Shown: piece after piece, positions 8,705 through 18,466 of the stretch
Layout of the letters: each line of letters begins with the position of its first letter
Numbering within the stretch: the first letter of the stretch is position 1
From: Pseudomonadota bacterium
GTDB taxonomy: Bacteria > Bdellovibrionota_B > Oligoflexia > Oligoflexales > CAIYRB01
NCBI GenBank assembly: GCA_031416315.1
Contig: JANOTL010000123.1
Span: forward strand, 1 to 42,593
Length of the DNA stretch: 42,593 nucleotides
Direction: 5' to 3'
Made by a program: the position numbers and the translations under genes
The notes under the pieces: model-generated
Databases searched by the model: none
What the model was told of the DNA's origin: nothing
Seen by the model: only the letters and a program-made list of their open reading frames with translations

Positions 8705-11068
8705 TTAAATATCCGCCAAATTCCTCGACCCTTTCCAGAATTCGGCCAGCTCCGCCAGGATCGCGGTCGAAACGAGCGAGCTGGCGGGGGCTTCGCGCCA
8801 ATCGGCCGGAAACAGCGCGGTATAGCGCGGCTCGAGGAAGCGGGCGTCGAGGAGCACGATGATGCCGCGGTCTGACTCGGTACGGATCACGCGTCCAGCC
8901 GCTTGCACGACCTTGGCCATCGCCGGAATCGTGTACGCATAGTCGCCGCCCTTTCCGTAGCGCTTTTCATAATAGACGCGCATCGCCTCGCGCGCGGGAT
9001 CCGCGCTCGGAATGCCCGGGCCGATGATGAGGACGCCGACCAAGATCTCGCCGGGGTAGTCGACGCCCTCCGCGAACGAGCCGCCCTGCACGCCTAGGAG
9101 GATGGCGGGATGCGTCGTGTCGCGAAGGCGCGCTAACGTCGCCGTCGTCTGCGCGCGCGTCATCGCCGGCGCCTGGCGCAAGATCTCGAAGCCTGGGGTC
9201 TGGAGATGCGCCGCGACCTCGGCCAGAAACGCGAAGCTCGGAAAGAACGCAGCGTAGTGGCCCGGCCGCACGGCGGTGATGCGACGAATCGCGTCGGCGA
9301 TGCGCTGGGCATGGCGCGCGCGGTCGCGGAGCTTGGTCGAGACCTGCGGAATGATCAGGAGCTTGCGGTTTTCGCGGGGAAAAGGCGAGGCGAACTCTGC
9401 CGTCGCAAGGGCAGCGGAATCGAGCCCAGCGAGGCGCGCGTGGTATTCGAATGGCGCGAGCGTGGCCGAGAACAGCGTCAGCTTGGCGAAGGGCAAGAAG
9501 GCGCGGGCCAGGAAGGCGCTGGCATCCAGACAGACCAGGCGCAAGATCTGCCCCTCCGCGAGAAAGGCGAAGGACTCGTCTTCTCCGTCGTCCTGGGCCT
9601 GCGTTGCGAGCGCGAGCGCGCCGACGAAATTTCCGACTTCCTGCGCGAGCTGAACCACCGGATCGCCGGCTTCGATCGCCGCATCCGAGGCGAGGTACTG
9701 GCCAAAAAATGCGGCGAGGTCGGCGGCCGTTTCTTGCAGCTTGCCGCAGTCTCGGAGCTTTCGGATCGAAGGAATCAGGTCGGCAAGGCGTAGGGCGAGG
9801 CGCCGAGCTTCCGGCTGCGCGTCGAGCTTGGCCGCATGCAACGTCAACGTTCGGCGCGACAGCGCGGCCGAAAGATTGTCGCACGCACGCGGGACGAGAT
9901 TGTGAGCTTCGTCGACCACGAGATTCGGCGCCGCTCCTTTCCCGCGCAATTTCGCGGCTATACGCCCGACGAAGGTCGGGTGTTGAATGACGTAGTTGTA
10001 GTCGCCGATGATCAAGTCGAAGGCCGGTGCGGCGTCGAGCGAAAGCTCGTACGGGCAAACTTCGTAGCGCTTTGCATAAGAGCGAAGCACGTGCTCGTCC
10101 AGCTTCGGCTTCTTCGCGAGCTTCGCGACGAGGCCGTGACGCTCGACCTTGTCGTAATGACCCCTCGCGTATTCGCAATAGGTCGGGTTGCACAGAGGCT
10201 CGTCTTTCATGCAAAGACGTGCCTTAGCGGTCAAGGTGATCGCCTTCAAGCGCGAAGCCTTCGCCAAATGGGCGGCCGCGTTCTCAGCCTCGCGCTGTTG
10301 ACTGTTCTTCGGCGTGACGTAAAGCAGTGGGCTACCGCGCGCGAGCGCTTCCTTCAGCATCGGGTAGCTCACTGCGACGGTCTTCCCGAGTCCTGTCGGT
10401 GCCTGGATCAAATGGTGCTTCTTCGTCGGCTGCTCGAGAAACTGGACGAGCTCGAGTTGCCCAGGCCGCGGCGTTGCGAAGGGAAACTGCAGCGAAAGCC
10501 CAACCTTTCGCCGCCTTCGGGCCCGGGACCGCAGGTCTTTCTCCTCGATGACCAGCGCTTCGAGCCGACGCGCGAGCCACGCTTCATAGCGAGGCAAGTC
10601 GAGTCCGACATCCAACTCCGTGACCGTCCCTCGCCGCGAAGACACCACGAGCATCTTCAGCCGGGGCTCCACTTTCGTGGCAAGCAGCTCGAAGTATCCG
10701 TAAGTGCGAAGCTGCAGAAGATAGGGGTGCTCGGGCTCGGCGGCCAACTTCTTCAAGAGCCTGGCATCATCGAAGGTCGACTTGATCTCTTCCAGCGCAC
10801 AGACGCCGTCCACCGTCGCGCACCGCCCATCGACGCGCCCCCCCACCCGAAAGCGAAACGCCGCCGTCTCGAAGACGTGCTGCAAAGGTTGCTCCGCCAG
10901 ATAGCTCGCATCCTCCGCCGCGCGCTTCGCCTGAATCTCCGCATGGATCTCCAGCCCCCGCTCCGGCGAGAACGCATACCCGGAATCCGCCTCGATGCTT
11001 CCCGACCGGGGAAAAGGTAAGGCGAAGTCGCGAACGGAGATGGAGATTTGCGGACGCACGACGGCCAT
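8705..11068 (-). CDS. Rad3/XPD/DinG-family Fe-S ATP-dependent DNA helicase with N-terminal PD-(D/E)XK nuclease-like domain
   Basis: Q motif RPGQ, Walker A APTGLGKT, DEAH, SATL and QAAGRVIR; Cys cluster CMKDEPLCNPTYC...CPY; N-terminal H...GRVDG...EEIKST. Confidence 0.9.
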   Translation of the reverse strand: MAVVRPQISISVRDFALPFPRSGSIEADSGYAFSPERGLEIHAEIQAKRAAEDASYLAEQPLQHVFETAAFRFRVGGRVDGRCATVDGVCALEEIKSTFDDARLLKKLAAEPEHPYLLQLRTYGYFELLATKVEPRLKMLVVSSRRGTVTELDVGLDLPRYEAWLARRLEALVIEEKDLRSRARRRRKVGLSLQFPFATPRPGQLELVQFLEQPTKKHHLIQAPTGLGKTVAVSYPMLKEALARGSPLLYVTPKNSQQREAENAAAHLAKASRLKAITLTAKARLCMKDEPLCNPTYCEYARGHYDKVERHGLVAKLAKKPKLDEHVLRSYAKRYEVCPYELSLDAAPAFDLIIGDYNYVIQHPTFVGRIAAKLRGKGAAPNLVVDEAHNLVPRACDNLSAALSRRTLTLHAAKLDAQPEARRLALRLADLIPSIRKLRDCGKLQETAADLAAFFGQYLASDAAIEAGDPVVQLAQEVGNFVGALALATQAQDDGEDESFAFLAEGQILRLVCLDASAFLARAFLPFAKLTLFSATLAPFEYHARLAGLDSAALATAEFASPFPRENRKLLIIPQVSTKLRDRARHAQRIADAIRRITAVRPGHYAAFFPSFAFLAEVAAHLQTPGFEILRQAPAMTRAQTTATLARLRDTTHPAILLGVQGGSFAEGVDYPGEILVGVLIIGPGIPSADPAREAMRVYYEKRYGKGGDYAYTIPAMAKVVQAAGRVIRTESDRGIIVLLDARFLEPRYTALFPADWREAPASSLVSTAILAELAEFWKGSRNLADI

Positions 11069-11360
11069 TTCCCACTTCTAGCACGGCCAAAGCCTTCCTG
11101 AGACGCCAAGGTGTTGCCGCGTCCGATCGGCACGGGCCGAACGTGATCGCAGGCACCGAAGGATCCTTGCACGCCTCATCTTTCATTGCGAAAGACATGC
11201 TCGCGGCCTCTCGTCGGCCCTTGCCGCATCGAGTGACAAATTGCGGTTTCGCGCGAAACCAAACTTGATCGACAAGCACTTACCATAACCAAGACCGCTC
11301 AGAATTCCCTGGCCCGAACCGCGCACTGCCGACAGAAGTGGGCATCAATCCCTGAAAAGG

Positions 11361-12524
11361 CTACCGAAAAAACCCCAAACCCTTCCCCAGCTCGAACGTC
11401 ACCGGATCGTAAACCCCGCCGACGCGAAAGATCCGCCAAAACTGCCCCAAGTCCGCCGCCACCAACAGGACTAAGATTGCCACCGCCACCGCTCCTCCCC
11501 ACTTCCGCCACACCGCGAAAATTCCCGCCGCGACGAGTCCCCGAAGGAGCACGTCGTGCATCAGCACGAACCGCGCGTTCAAGATCGGCAAAGAGGAAAA
11601 GACGATCATCCCGACCGCCAACTGCGCGACCAACTTCCCACAATCGACTTTTCCGATCGCGTATGCCCCAAAAAGAAGCGTCAGCGGCGAGAGCATCATA
11701 AAGTCCACCGCATACCGAAACCAGGCCCCACCCTGCCGATCGAGCGAGTAAGGAATCTCCGGCACCGTCCTCACATAAAACGCGTACGTCCGCTGCAGCG
11801 TCGCCAAATCCCCGGCCAAGGTCGCCAGCAAGAAGACCGCCGCAAAGGCGCCACCGACCACCCCCAGCACCAAGGGCCAAACGCTCACCGCCCGAAGTCG
11901 CGGCCAGTACATCGTCACCGCGAGCAAAACTTGCACCGCCAAGAGCGCGCCGGCCGACTCCTTCGTCAGCATGGCGACCCCGAACGCCGCCCCGACCGCG
12001 GCCGCAGTCCCCAAGCTCGGCCGTCGCCAATACCAATCATGCGTCCCGACGAACGCCAGCGCCACGACCGCAAAGAAGGTATCCTGCAGCGCCCGATGGC
12101 TCATCGCGATCCCGAGCGGCGACACCGCCACCAGGATTCCCGCCACGACCGCGAGCCGAGGCTCGATCCACCGCCTCAAAACGAGGAAGGACGCCGCAGC
12201 CAGAAGCGCCCCGAACCAGAGGGCCACGTCCATCACTCCCTGCGCTCCGCAGCGTCCAGCGAGCTTGCATGGCAAGGACGACACGGCGATGAAGGCGAGC
12301 CGAGTCGGCGGGGGGCCTTTCGCCAAACTTTCATCCTGCGGATAAGCCGCGAACATGGCGCGCAGCGCCGGCACGCCTTCGGCGAAAGCATCAGCATAGC
12401 GCGCATAGATCCGCTCGTCGTATCCGAGCCTCGGCGGCGGGCCCGCCAAAGCCATCCGCAAGCCGAGCGCGAGCAGGAAGAGTCCTATGCACGGAAGCAC
12501 TGTCCCGAGGCGCGTCGCGGTCAT
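11361..12524 (-). CDS. GT-C membrane glycosyltransferase (ArnT/PMT-like)
   Basis: TM helix then GYDE acidic loop, PP motif, multiple TM helices, LTKE; start overlaps the upstream stop. Confidence 0.7.
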   Translation of the reverse strand: MTATRLGTVLPCIGLFLLALGLRMALAGPPPRLGYDERIYARYADAFAEGVPALRAMFAAYPQDESLAKGPPPTRLAFIAVSSLPCKLAGRCGAQGVMDVALWFGALLAAASFLVLRRWIEPRLAVVAGILVAVSPLGIAMSHRALQDTFFAVVALAFVGTHDWYWRRPSLGTAAAVGAAFGVAMLTKESAGALLAVQVLLAVTMYWPRLRAVSVWPLVLGVVGGAFAAVFLLATLAGDLATLQRTYAFYVRTVPEIPYSLDRQGGAWFRYAVDFMMLSPLTLLFGAYAIGKVDCGKLVAQLAVGMIVFSSLPILNARFVLMHDVLLRGLVAAGIFAVWRKWGGAVAVAILVLLVAADLGQFWRIFRVGGVYDPVTFELGKGLGFFR

Positions 12525-14227
12525 GGCTTCAGCGTGTTGTAAAGCGCGCGGATCCGCGCATCGTTCGGCGAGACGCGCAGCGCATCCTCGAGCAAGGCAC
12601 GCGCCATTTGCGTCTCGTTCGCCTTTAGCGCCAGCTGCGCCGCGCGGAACTTCGCCTCGATGTGCACGCCGCCCGCCAGCTCGTCGACCTTCAGGAAGCT
12701 CGTCCGCGCCGTCGCTGCTTCGCCCACCGTCTCCAGAAAGTCAGCGTAGTAAAAATGCGAATCCGGAAGCCTAGGATTTAGGCCGATCGCCCGCTCGAAC
12801 GACGCCTTCGCCTCGGGATACCGCTTCATCGCAACGAGCGTGATCGCTTTGTTGATGCTGCAATACGCGTACCCCGTCCACACCGTCTCACATTTCCCCA
12901 GGAGCTCGAGCGCCTTGTCGAACTTGGCCGTGCGCATGTACACAAGTGCCAGGTTGTTCAGCGCACGCCCCGACTCCGGATTTTTCGCGAGCGTGTCTTC
13001 CCAAAGACTCTCGGCGTCGTTCCAGACGAGGCTCCGCCGCACCGCTCCGCCAAAGAGGCAAAGCGCGATCACCGCCAGAGCCACGCCGAGCTTGCGCCCT
13101 TCGAGCCTCGCGATGCGCATCAGCCCGAGGATCACGACCGGCAAAAGCCCGCCCGCGTAACCGACGTAGCTCAGAAACATCCGCCTCTCGTTCACCGGCT
13201 CGGCGAGCGGCATGATGCTCGAAGCCGGCGAGATGGCGATGTAGAACCAGAGCACGCCAAACAGCAGCGCGGGCGCGCGCCTGCGGTTGACCCAGGTCAA
13301 AACGCCGACCAAGACGTTGCCGATCACCGCCTGAATGACCCGAATGTCCGTAAGCTCCGAAGAGAACCCGAAAGACACGTTGTCCGCGTTCAAATCGAAG
13401 GGCCAGAACCACAGCTTCATGTACCAGAGGTAAGCCCGCCACTGCGTCATGAAGTAGTCCATGGACGACACGGACCCGCGCGACTGCGCGTGCGACTCTG
13501 GCAGCATCTTGTACTGCAAAACCCCGAGCGCCAGAAACGCCAACCAAAAGGGTGCCGTCGCCCGAAGGCGCCGTTTCCCGCACAAAAGCTCGTAGACCAC
13601 CAGTACGGCCGGCAAGGTAATGCCCTCTTCCTTTGTCAGCACCGAGGCAACGTAGCAAACCATCGCCAAGACCATTGGCGTGATGGTGCCCCGCTCGCGG
13701 CCGATCAAATAGGCGCAAAACGCGAGCACGTAAAACATCGCGCACTGCAGCGTCGATGTCGCCGTGATGTAGTTCACACACTCGTTCGAAGCCGGGTGTA
13801 TCGCCAGCAACACAGATAGATAGGCCGCCAAGGCGTCGGGTGTCAGCCATCGCGGCATTGCCTCGGGTATCCACCCAGGTAGGGCGAAAAGCCGGCGCCA
13901 CACCACGAAGCTCGCCATGCAGAATACGAGATGCATGAGCATCTTCACGACGTGAAACACCCAGGTTTCGCCGTCGCCGGCCTGATAGCAAAGGAAATAC
14001 GTGATGAACAGGAGCGGCCGGTAGCTGCGGTTCGCGGGCAGGAGCGACTCGAGCCGCGAATCCGTCCACACGTCGACGAGACTGTTCCAGTTCCGCATCG
14101 CCGGGTTTTCGCTGATCGTGTGCCCGTCGTCGAAGTGATACGCGCCGTTCACGTTCGGCAGATACGCCCCCGCGATCAGGACGATCAGGACCAGGGCCAG
14201 GGCCCAGAAGGAAAGCCTCCGGCTCAA
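12521..14227 (-). CDS. TMTC-like GT-C membrane protein with C-terminal TPRs
   Basis: YHFDD and SYRPLL motifs, HP..ECVNYI, LTKEEG, NERRMFL and WND..SLW followed by TPRs. TTG start overlaps the GT2 stop (TTGA). Confidence 0.8.
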   Translation of the reverse strand: MSRRLSFWALALVLIVLIAGAYLPNVNGAYHFDDGHTISENPAMRNWNSLVDVWTDSRLESLLPANRSYRPLLFITYFLCYQAGDGETWVFHVVKMLMHLVFCMASFVVWRRLFALPGWIPEAMPRWLTPDALAAYLSVLLAIHPASNECVNYITATSTLQCAMFYVLAFCAYLIGRERGTITPMVLAMVCYVASVLTKEEGITLPAVLVVYELLCGKRRLRATAPFWLAFLALGVLQYKMLPESHAQSRGSVSSMDYFMTQWRAYLWYMKLWFWPFDLNADNVSFGFSSELTDIRVIQAVIGNVLVGVLTWVNRRRAPALLFGVLWFYIAISPASSIMPLAEPVNERRMFLSYVGYAGGLLPVVILGLMRIARLEGRKLGVALAVIALCLFGGAVRRSLVWNDAESLWEDTLAKNPESGRALNNLALVYMRTAKFDKALELLGKCETVWTGYAYCSINKAITLVAMKRYPEAKASFERAIGLNPRLPDSHFYYADFLETVGEAATARTSFLKVDELAGGVHIEAKFRAAQLALKANETQMARALLEDALRVSPNDARIRALYNTLKP

Positions 14228-15255
14228 GACGCGGCCTCGACGTCGATTTCCATCGGGACGGCCGCCTCGATCGTGCGCCCCGAGACCGGCTCCGACGGCT
14301 CCGCCAGGATGTCGAGAGCCGCCGCGGCGGTCAAGAATTGCACGCCGACGACAAAGGCGAGCAAAGCCACCATGATCGTCCCCGTCGGCGCCGGCACGCC
14401 AGCCGAGGCGTAGTGATACCATTTCGCCGCGCCGAAGATGCCGCCGAACGCGAGGAGCGGCAGGCCGGCGATCAGATAGACGCCGTCCATGGAGAAGTCG
14501 AAGCCGAGCTTCCGGTACATGACCCTTCGCAACGTGATCGCCACGAGCTTCGGCGGAAACTCGAGCAGGACGCGCTTGATTCTTAGATGCGAGGTCTCAG
14601 ATCCGTAGAAGGCCGGCATGCCGACGTCCCGCACCACCGCGCCGACGAGCGACAGCTGGTGCAGCATTGAGATCTCGAAGAAGTAACGTTTTTCCAGCTG
14701 GTCGAGGTTGATCGCCGCCAGCACCTCGCGGCGTATGGCGATGAACCCGTTGCAAGGGTCGAACATCTTCCAATAGCCCGATCCGAGCTTCACCGCGAAG
14801 CTCAGGGCCAAGTTCCCGAAACGCCGGAAGAGAGGCATCGAGCGCAAGGCCGTCGCGTGCCGAAACCGGTTGCCCTTGGCGAAATCGGCCCGCCGCTCCA
14901 GCAAGGGCATCACCAGCGCGGCGATGCGCTCGGGCGCCATCTGCCCGTCCCCGTCGAGCTTCACGACGATCTGCGCCGAGGTCGTGAGCGCCGCGCGAAA
15001 GCCGGATACCATCGCGCCGCCGACGCCCTGATTCACCTCGTGGTGTACCGTGACGATCCGCGCGTCCTTCGCGCGTAAGGCTTCGATCAAAGTCCCCGTG
15101 CCGTCTTGACTGCAGTCGTTCACGATCACGATCGTCTTGACGAAGCCGGGGATCCGCTCGACGAGGCCGCGCAGATGCCGCTCGCACTCGTATGCCGGGA
15201 TCACCACCGCGATCCCCGCTTCCTCCAGTTTTTCCCGCCCGAAGCTCACGCTCAT
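14224..15255 (-). CDS. GT2 polyprenol-phosphate glycosyltransferase (DPM1-like) with C-terminal TM helices
   Basis: VVIPAY, VNDCSQDGT, NQGVGGA, KLDGDGQM and KGNRF motifs; two C-terminal TMs. Confidence 0.9.
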   Translation of the reverse strand: MSVSFGREKLEEAGIAVVIPAYECERHLRGLVERIPGFVKTIVIVNDCSQDGTGTLIEALRAKDARIVTVHHEVNQGVGGAMVSGFRAALTTSAQIVVKLDGDGQMAPERIAALVMPLLERRADFAKGNRFRHATALRSMPLFRRFGNLALSFAVKLGSGYWKMFDPCNGFIAIRREVLAAINLDQLEKRYFFEISMLHQLSLVGAVVRDVGMPAFYGSETSHLRIKRVLLEFPPKLVAITLRRVMYRKLGFDFSMDGVYLIAGLPLLAFGGIFGAAKWYHYASAGVPAPTGTIMVALLAFVVGVQFLTAAAALDILAEPSEPVSGRTIEAAVPMEIDVEAAS

Positions 15256-15531
15256 CCTCAAGCCGATTGATCCGGCACGGTGCCAGTCCTGGCCGCCGGT
15301 TTCATGCGAGTTCGCTCGAAAGCCTATCGGCGTTTCGCACCGGGGATGAACGGTCCCAAGTTTGCCCAGCGCGCGCGGCAGCTTTTGCCTGGGAGAAAGG
15401 CAGCAAAGAGCGACGCCAGCCCGTGGAGCAAAGGTCGTCCCGGGACTTACCGAACGCCGCGAACGGCTTCACCGAGAAGCCGCTCTACGATATGCCCCGC
15501 CTGGGCCTTGGACGATGGTTCGGCCCCGGCC

Positions 15532-16254
15532 TCAGGGCTTCGCCGCTTCCTTCAAAAGAAACGTCGCCGCCATCTGCGCCGGCGTCGAGTCGATCAACCG
15601 CATCCCACCGTTCTCGACCGCATACACCCGCCCCACCGTGACCTTCGCGTGAACCTCGTTGACCGTGATCCGCGCGCCCTCGTATTTCACGTCGGTCCCA
15701 GTCCACGGCTGCTTCTCGCTGGCGTGCGAATACGAAGCCTTCGCACCGCTGAATTTCAAGGTCACGCCGGTATCGCTCACGTACGTCTGCCCGTCCGGAT
15801 TCATCGCCGGCATCGCCGTGAACGTCTCCGGCGGCTCGCCGCCGACGATCTTCTGCAAGTCTGCGTCGACTTTGAACGACGCTTTCGCGCCCGAACCAAC
15901 AACCGCGTAGACGACCATGTCGCCCTCGGCTTCCGCCTTTTCCCCACGCGTGACCACGGCGCCGCCTTCTCGCGCGATCTCGACCCGCCGGTCCCGCGTG
16001 AAGCTCACGCGATTCCCCGCTTCGCTCCGGTACGTGAAGCCGCGCAGCGCTTCGACGTCGAACTTCGGCGCCGCCGGAGCGGTGGGCGCGGCCGGTGCCA
16101 CCGGTGCCGCTGCCGGAGGCTGCGCGGCCGGAGGTGCCAAGGCGCTCGCCGGCCCAGGGTTCGTCGTGGTCGGCGCCGGCTTCGCCGGCTCCGCCGGCTT
16201 ATTCTTCTCGCACGCGACCAGCAGCAACACAGTCAAAACGAAAACCAGGCGCAT
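15532..16254 (-). CDS. Hypothetical lipoprotein with Pro/Ala linker
   Basis: Lipobox LLVAC, GGAG SD, PA-rich linker then a beta-rich domain. Confidence 0.75.
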   Translation of the reverse strand: MRLVFVLTVLLLVACEKNKPAEPAKPAPTTTNPGPASALAPPAAQPPAAAPVAPAAPTAPAAPKFDVEALRGFTYRSEAGNRVSFTRDRRVEIAREGGAVVTRGEKAEAEGDMVVYAVVGSGAKASFKVDADLQKIVGGEPPETFTAMPAMNPDGQTYVSDTGVTLKFSGAKASYSHASEKQPWTGTDVKYEGARITVNEVHAKVTVGRVYAVENGGMRLIDSTPAQMAATFLLKEAAKP

Positions 16255-16270
16255 CTTGCTCCTCTCCGAT

Positions 16271-16951
16271 TCAGGCTTCCGCGGTTCTCGACTTCTCGTG
16301 GCGAATCTGCTTCGCCTGGATCACGAAGACGATGCTCTCGGCGATGTGGCAGGCCACGTCGGCCAGGCTTTCGAGCTTGTTCACGATGAGCAAGGTCATC
16401 ATCCCGAGCTCCACGTCGACCTTACCGGCGCGCACGCTCTTTATGATCATCTCATACGCCTGCTCTTGCAAGGCGTCGACAAAGTCGTCGTGCTCGGGGA
16501 TGGCGCGCGCGGCCTTCGCGTCGGAGCGCAGCCAGGCGCCTTGCGTCATCGTCAGGATGTCGACGCACTTCTCGATCATCGAGATGCAGACCTGCCAGCC
16601 TTCGGGGAAGTCCTTGACCATCTTCGGCGTGTCGGAGACGTGGCGTGCGACGTACTCGATGCAGTCGCCGATGCGCTCCAAGCTGCGGGCGATGTCGAGC
16701 GCGCCCATGGCGAAGCGGAAATCCGGCCCGAGCGGCGCCCGCATCTCCATGAAGGAGCGGCACAGCTTGTCGAGGTCGAGCTCGAGCTTGTCGATGTCCT
16801 TGTCGCGCACGACGATGAGCGCCAGCTCGGCATGATCGTGACGCGTCGCCGCGGAATGGAGGGCGCGCATTTGATCCAACACCGCTCCCGCCAAGGCCTC
16901 GAGCGCGGACTTTACCTGATCGAACTCCGCTGCGGGCCCACGCGTCGACAT
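16271..16951 (-). CDS. phoU: Phosphate signalling protein PhoU
   Basis: DKDIDKLE, LERIGD, DDFVD and LESLADVACHIAE repeats; GGAGAG SD before ATG 16951. Confidence 0.9.
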   Translation of the reverse strand: MSTRGPAAEFDQVKSALEALAGAVLDQMRALHSAATRHDHAELALIVVRDKDIDKLELDLDKLCRSFMEMRAPLGPDFRFAMGALDIARSLERIGDCIEYVARHVSDTPKMVKDFPEGWQVCISMIEKCVDILTMTQGAWLRSDAKAARAIPEHDDFVDALQEQAYEMIIKSVRAGKVDVELGMMTLLIVNKLESLADVACHIAESIVFVIQAKQIRHEKSRTAEA

Positions 16952-17044
16952 CGAGGTCTCTCCGTATCTGATGGGAACCTTTGTGACTCCTGGGGATACT
17001 AGTGAGGCGTCCCAAAGATCGAGTAAAGCCCATGTTAAGCCCCC

Positions 17045-17073
17045 TTGTGACCCCCGTCCAGTCAACGTAAAAT
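17045..17073 (+). promoter_or_regulatory. Putative sigma70 promoter TTGTGA-N17-TAAAAT
   Basis: Good -10 and correct spacing; favours GTG 17105 as the start codon. Confidence 0.4.
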
Positions 17074-17104
17074 CTTGGCAGATCAACTATTTGGGGAGTT
17101 ACCG

Positions 17105-18433
17105 GTGGCAGGGCCGATCGCCGTCAAATCGCCGCCCATCATCCATTCGCCCCGCGCGGAGGTGGTCGAAAGCGTCAAAGCACAGCTCGAAGCCTTGAGC
17201 TGCAAGCAATTCCTGATGCCGAGCTCGAAGGACGACTGCATCGAGAAGCTCTTCAAATACCCCGACTCGGTGCTCGTCATCGACTGGGAGCACGGCTCCG
17301 AGCACGTCAATCAGGTGCTCTCCTCGATCAAGGGTCATTTTCTCGTCGAAACCCGCCCGATCTTTCTCCTGGTCCAGAATCTCGAGGACGCGACCCTCGC
17401 GACCGGCGCCGAGTACGGCGTCTCGCAGCTCCACGCGGGACCCGTGGATTCCGCGACCATCAAGGAGTGCATCGTCGCCTTGTTCGAAGAGGAGAAGTCG
17501 ACGAAGTCCGCCCGCGACGGCCTGATCGCCGTGGCCGACGCCCGCAAGCGCGGCGACTGGACCTTGGCCTCGAAGCTCCTCCACGAGCTCCTCGGCAAGA
17601 ACCCGGGCCACGAGCGCGTCTCGATGGAGCTCGCCGAGAACCTGATCCACGAGGGCAAGTTCGCTCAGGCCTCCGAGCTCCTCGCCACGTTCGTCGAGGG
17701 CAAGCCCGGCGACGTGCCGAACATCCGCGGGCTGCACCTCGCCGGCCGCTGCCAGCTCGCCGCCGGCCACTACGAGGCGGCGATCAGCTACCTCGAGCAG
17801 GCGAAGCTGATCAACCCGCACAACGTCGATCGCCTGATCGACCTCGGCAACGCCTTCTTCGAGAACGACCAGCCGGAGGCGGCGGAGGCCGAGTTCGCCG
17901 CCGCGGAGACCTTGGACGCGGACAACCACGGCGCCAAAGTCGGCAAGGGCAAGTGCCTGCTCGTCGCCGGCGAGGTCAACGAGGCGCTCGCCCTGCTGAA
18001 AATGATCTCCGGCCCCCGCGAGATGGCCTCGATCTTCAACACCGCCGCCGTCGTCTCCATGCGCTCCGGTCGCTTCGACAAAGGCATGGCGCTCTACAAG
18101 TCCGCCCTGTCGGCCATCGGCAAGGAGAAGCCGGTCGCCGCCCGTCTGCACTTCAACATGGGCCTCGGCTACCGCCGTTGGCACAAGCCGGAGAAGGCGC
18201 TCGCCTGCTTCAATAAGAGTCTCGAGCTCGAGCCCTCGTATGAGAAGGCAATCCGTCACAAAGCCGAGGTCGAGGAGCAGGTCGCCAAGCATCCGGCCGA
18301 ACGCGCGGCGACCGATTTTGATGGCGAGTTCGCCGAGGAGGACCTGCGCCGCCGCAACTTGACCTCCGGCTCTGGCGACGCCTCCAAGTCCTCGACGACG
18401 CCCGACGTCCAGAAGATCGACGAAGACGACTGA
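17105..18433 (+). CDS. TPR protein with N-terminal receiver-like domain
   Basis: VLVIDWE and PIFLL receiver-like strands; multiple TPRs (LHFNMGLGY); GGGGAG SD before GTG 17105 (alternative TTG 17075). Confidence 0.75.
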   Translation: MAGPIAVKSPPIIHSPRAEVVESVKAQLEALSCKQFLMPSSKDDCIEKLFKYPDSVLVIDWEHGSEHVNQVLSSIKGHFLVETRPIFLLVQNLEDATLATGAEYGVSQLHAGPVDSATIKECIVALFEEEKSTKSARDGLIAVADARKRGDWTLASKLLHELLGKNPGHERVSMELAENLIHEGKFAQASELLATFVEGKPGDVPNIRGLHLAGRCQLAAGHYEAAISYLEQAKLINPHNVDRLIDLGNAFFENDQPEAAEAEFAAAETLDADNHGAKVGKGKCLLVAGEVNEALALLKMISGPREMASIFNTAAVVSMRSGRFDKGMALYKSALSAIGKEKPVAARLHFNMGLGYRRWHKPEKALACFNKSLELEPSYEKAIRHKAEVEEQVAKHPAERAATDFDGEFAEEDLRRRNLTSGSGDASKSSTTPDVQKIDEDD

Positions 18434-18466
18434 CCCGGATACCATCGAGATCTTGCCAGCGCATCC

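Noticed and set aside
8705..11068. CasDinG/Cas4 of a type IV CRISPR system
   Set aside because: No cas genes or array in the window, and the nuclease-like domain lacks the Cas4 C-terminal Cys cluster
15280..16389. 369-aa plus-strand ORF
   Set aside because: Arg-rich antisense shadow of the lipoprotein and phoU
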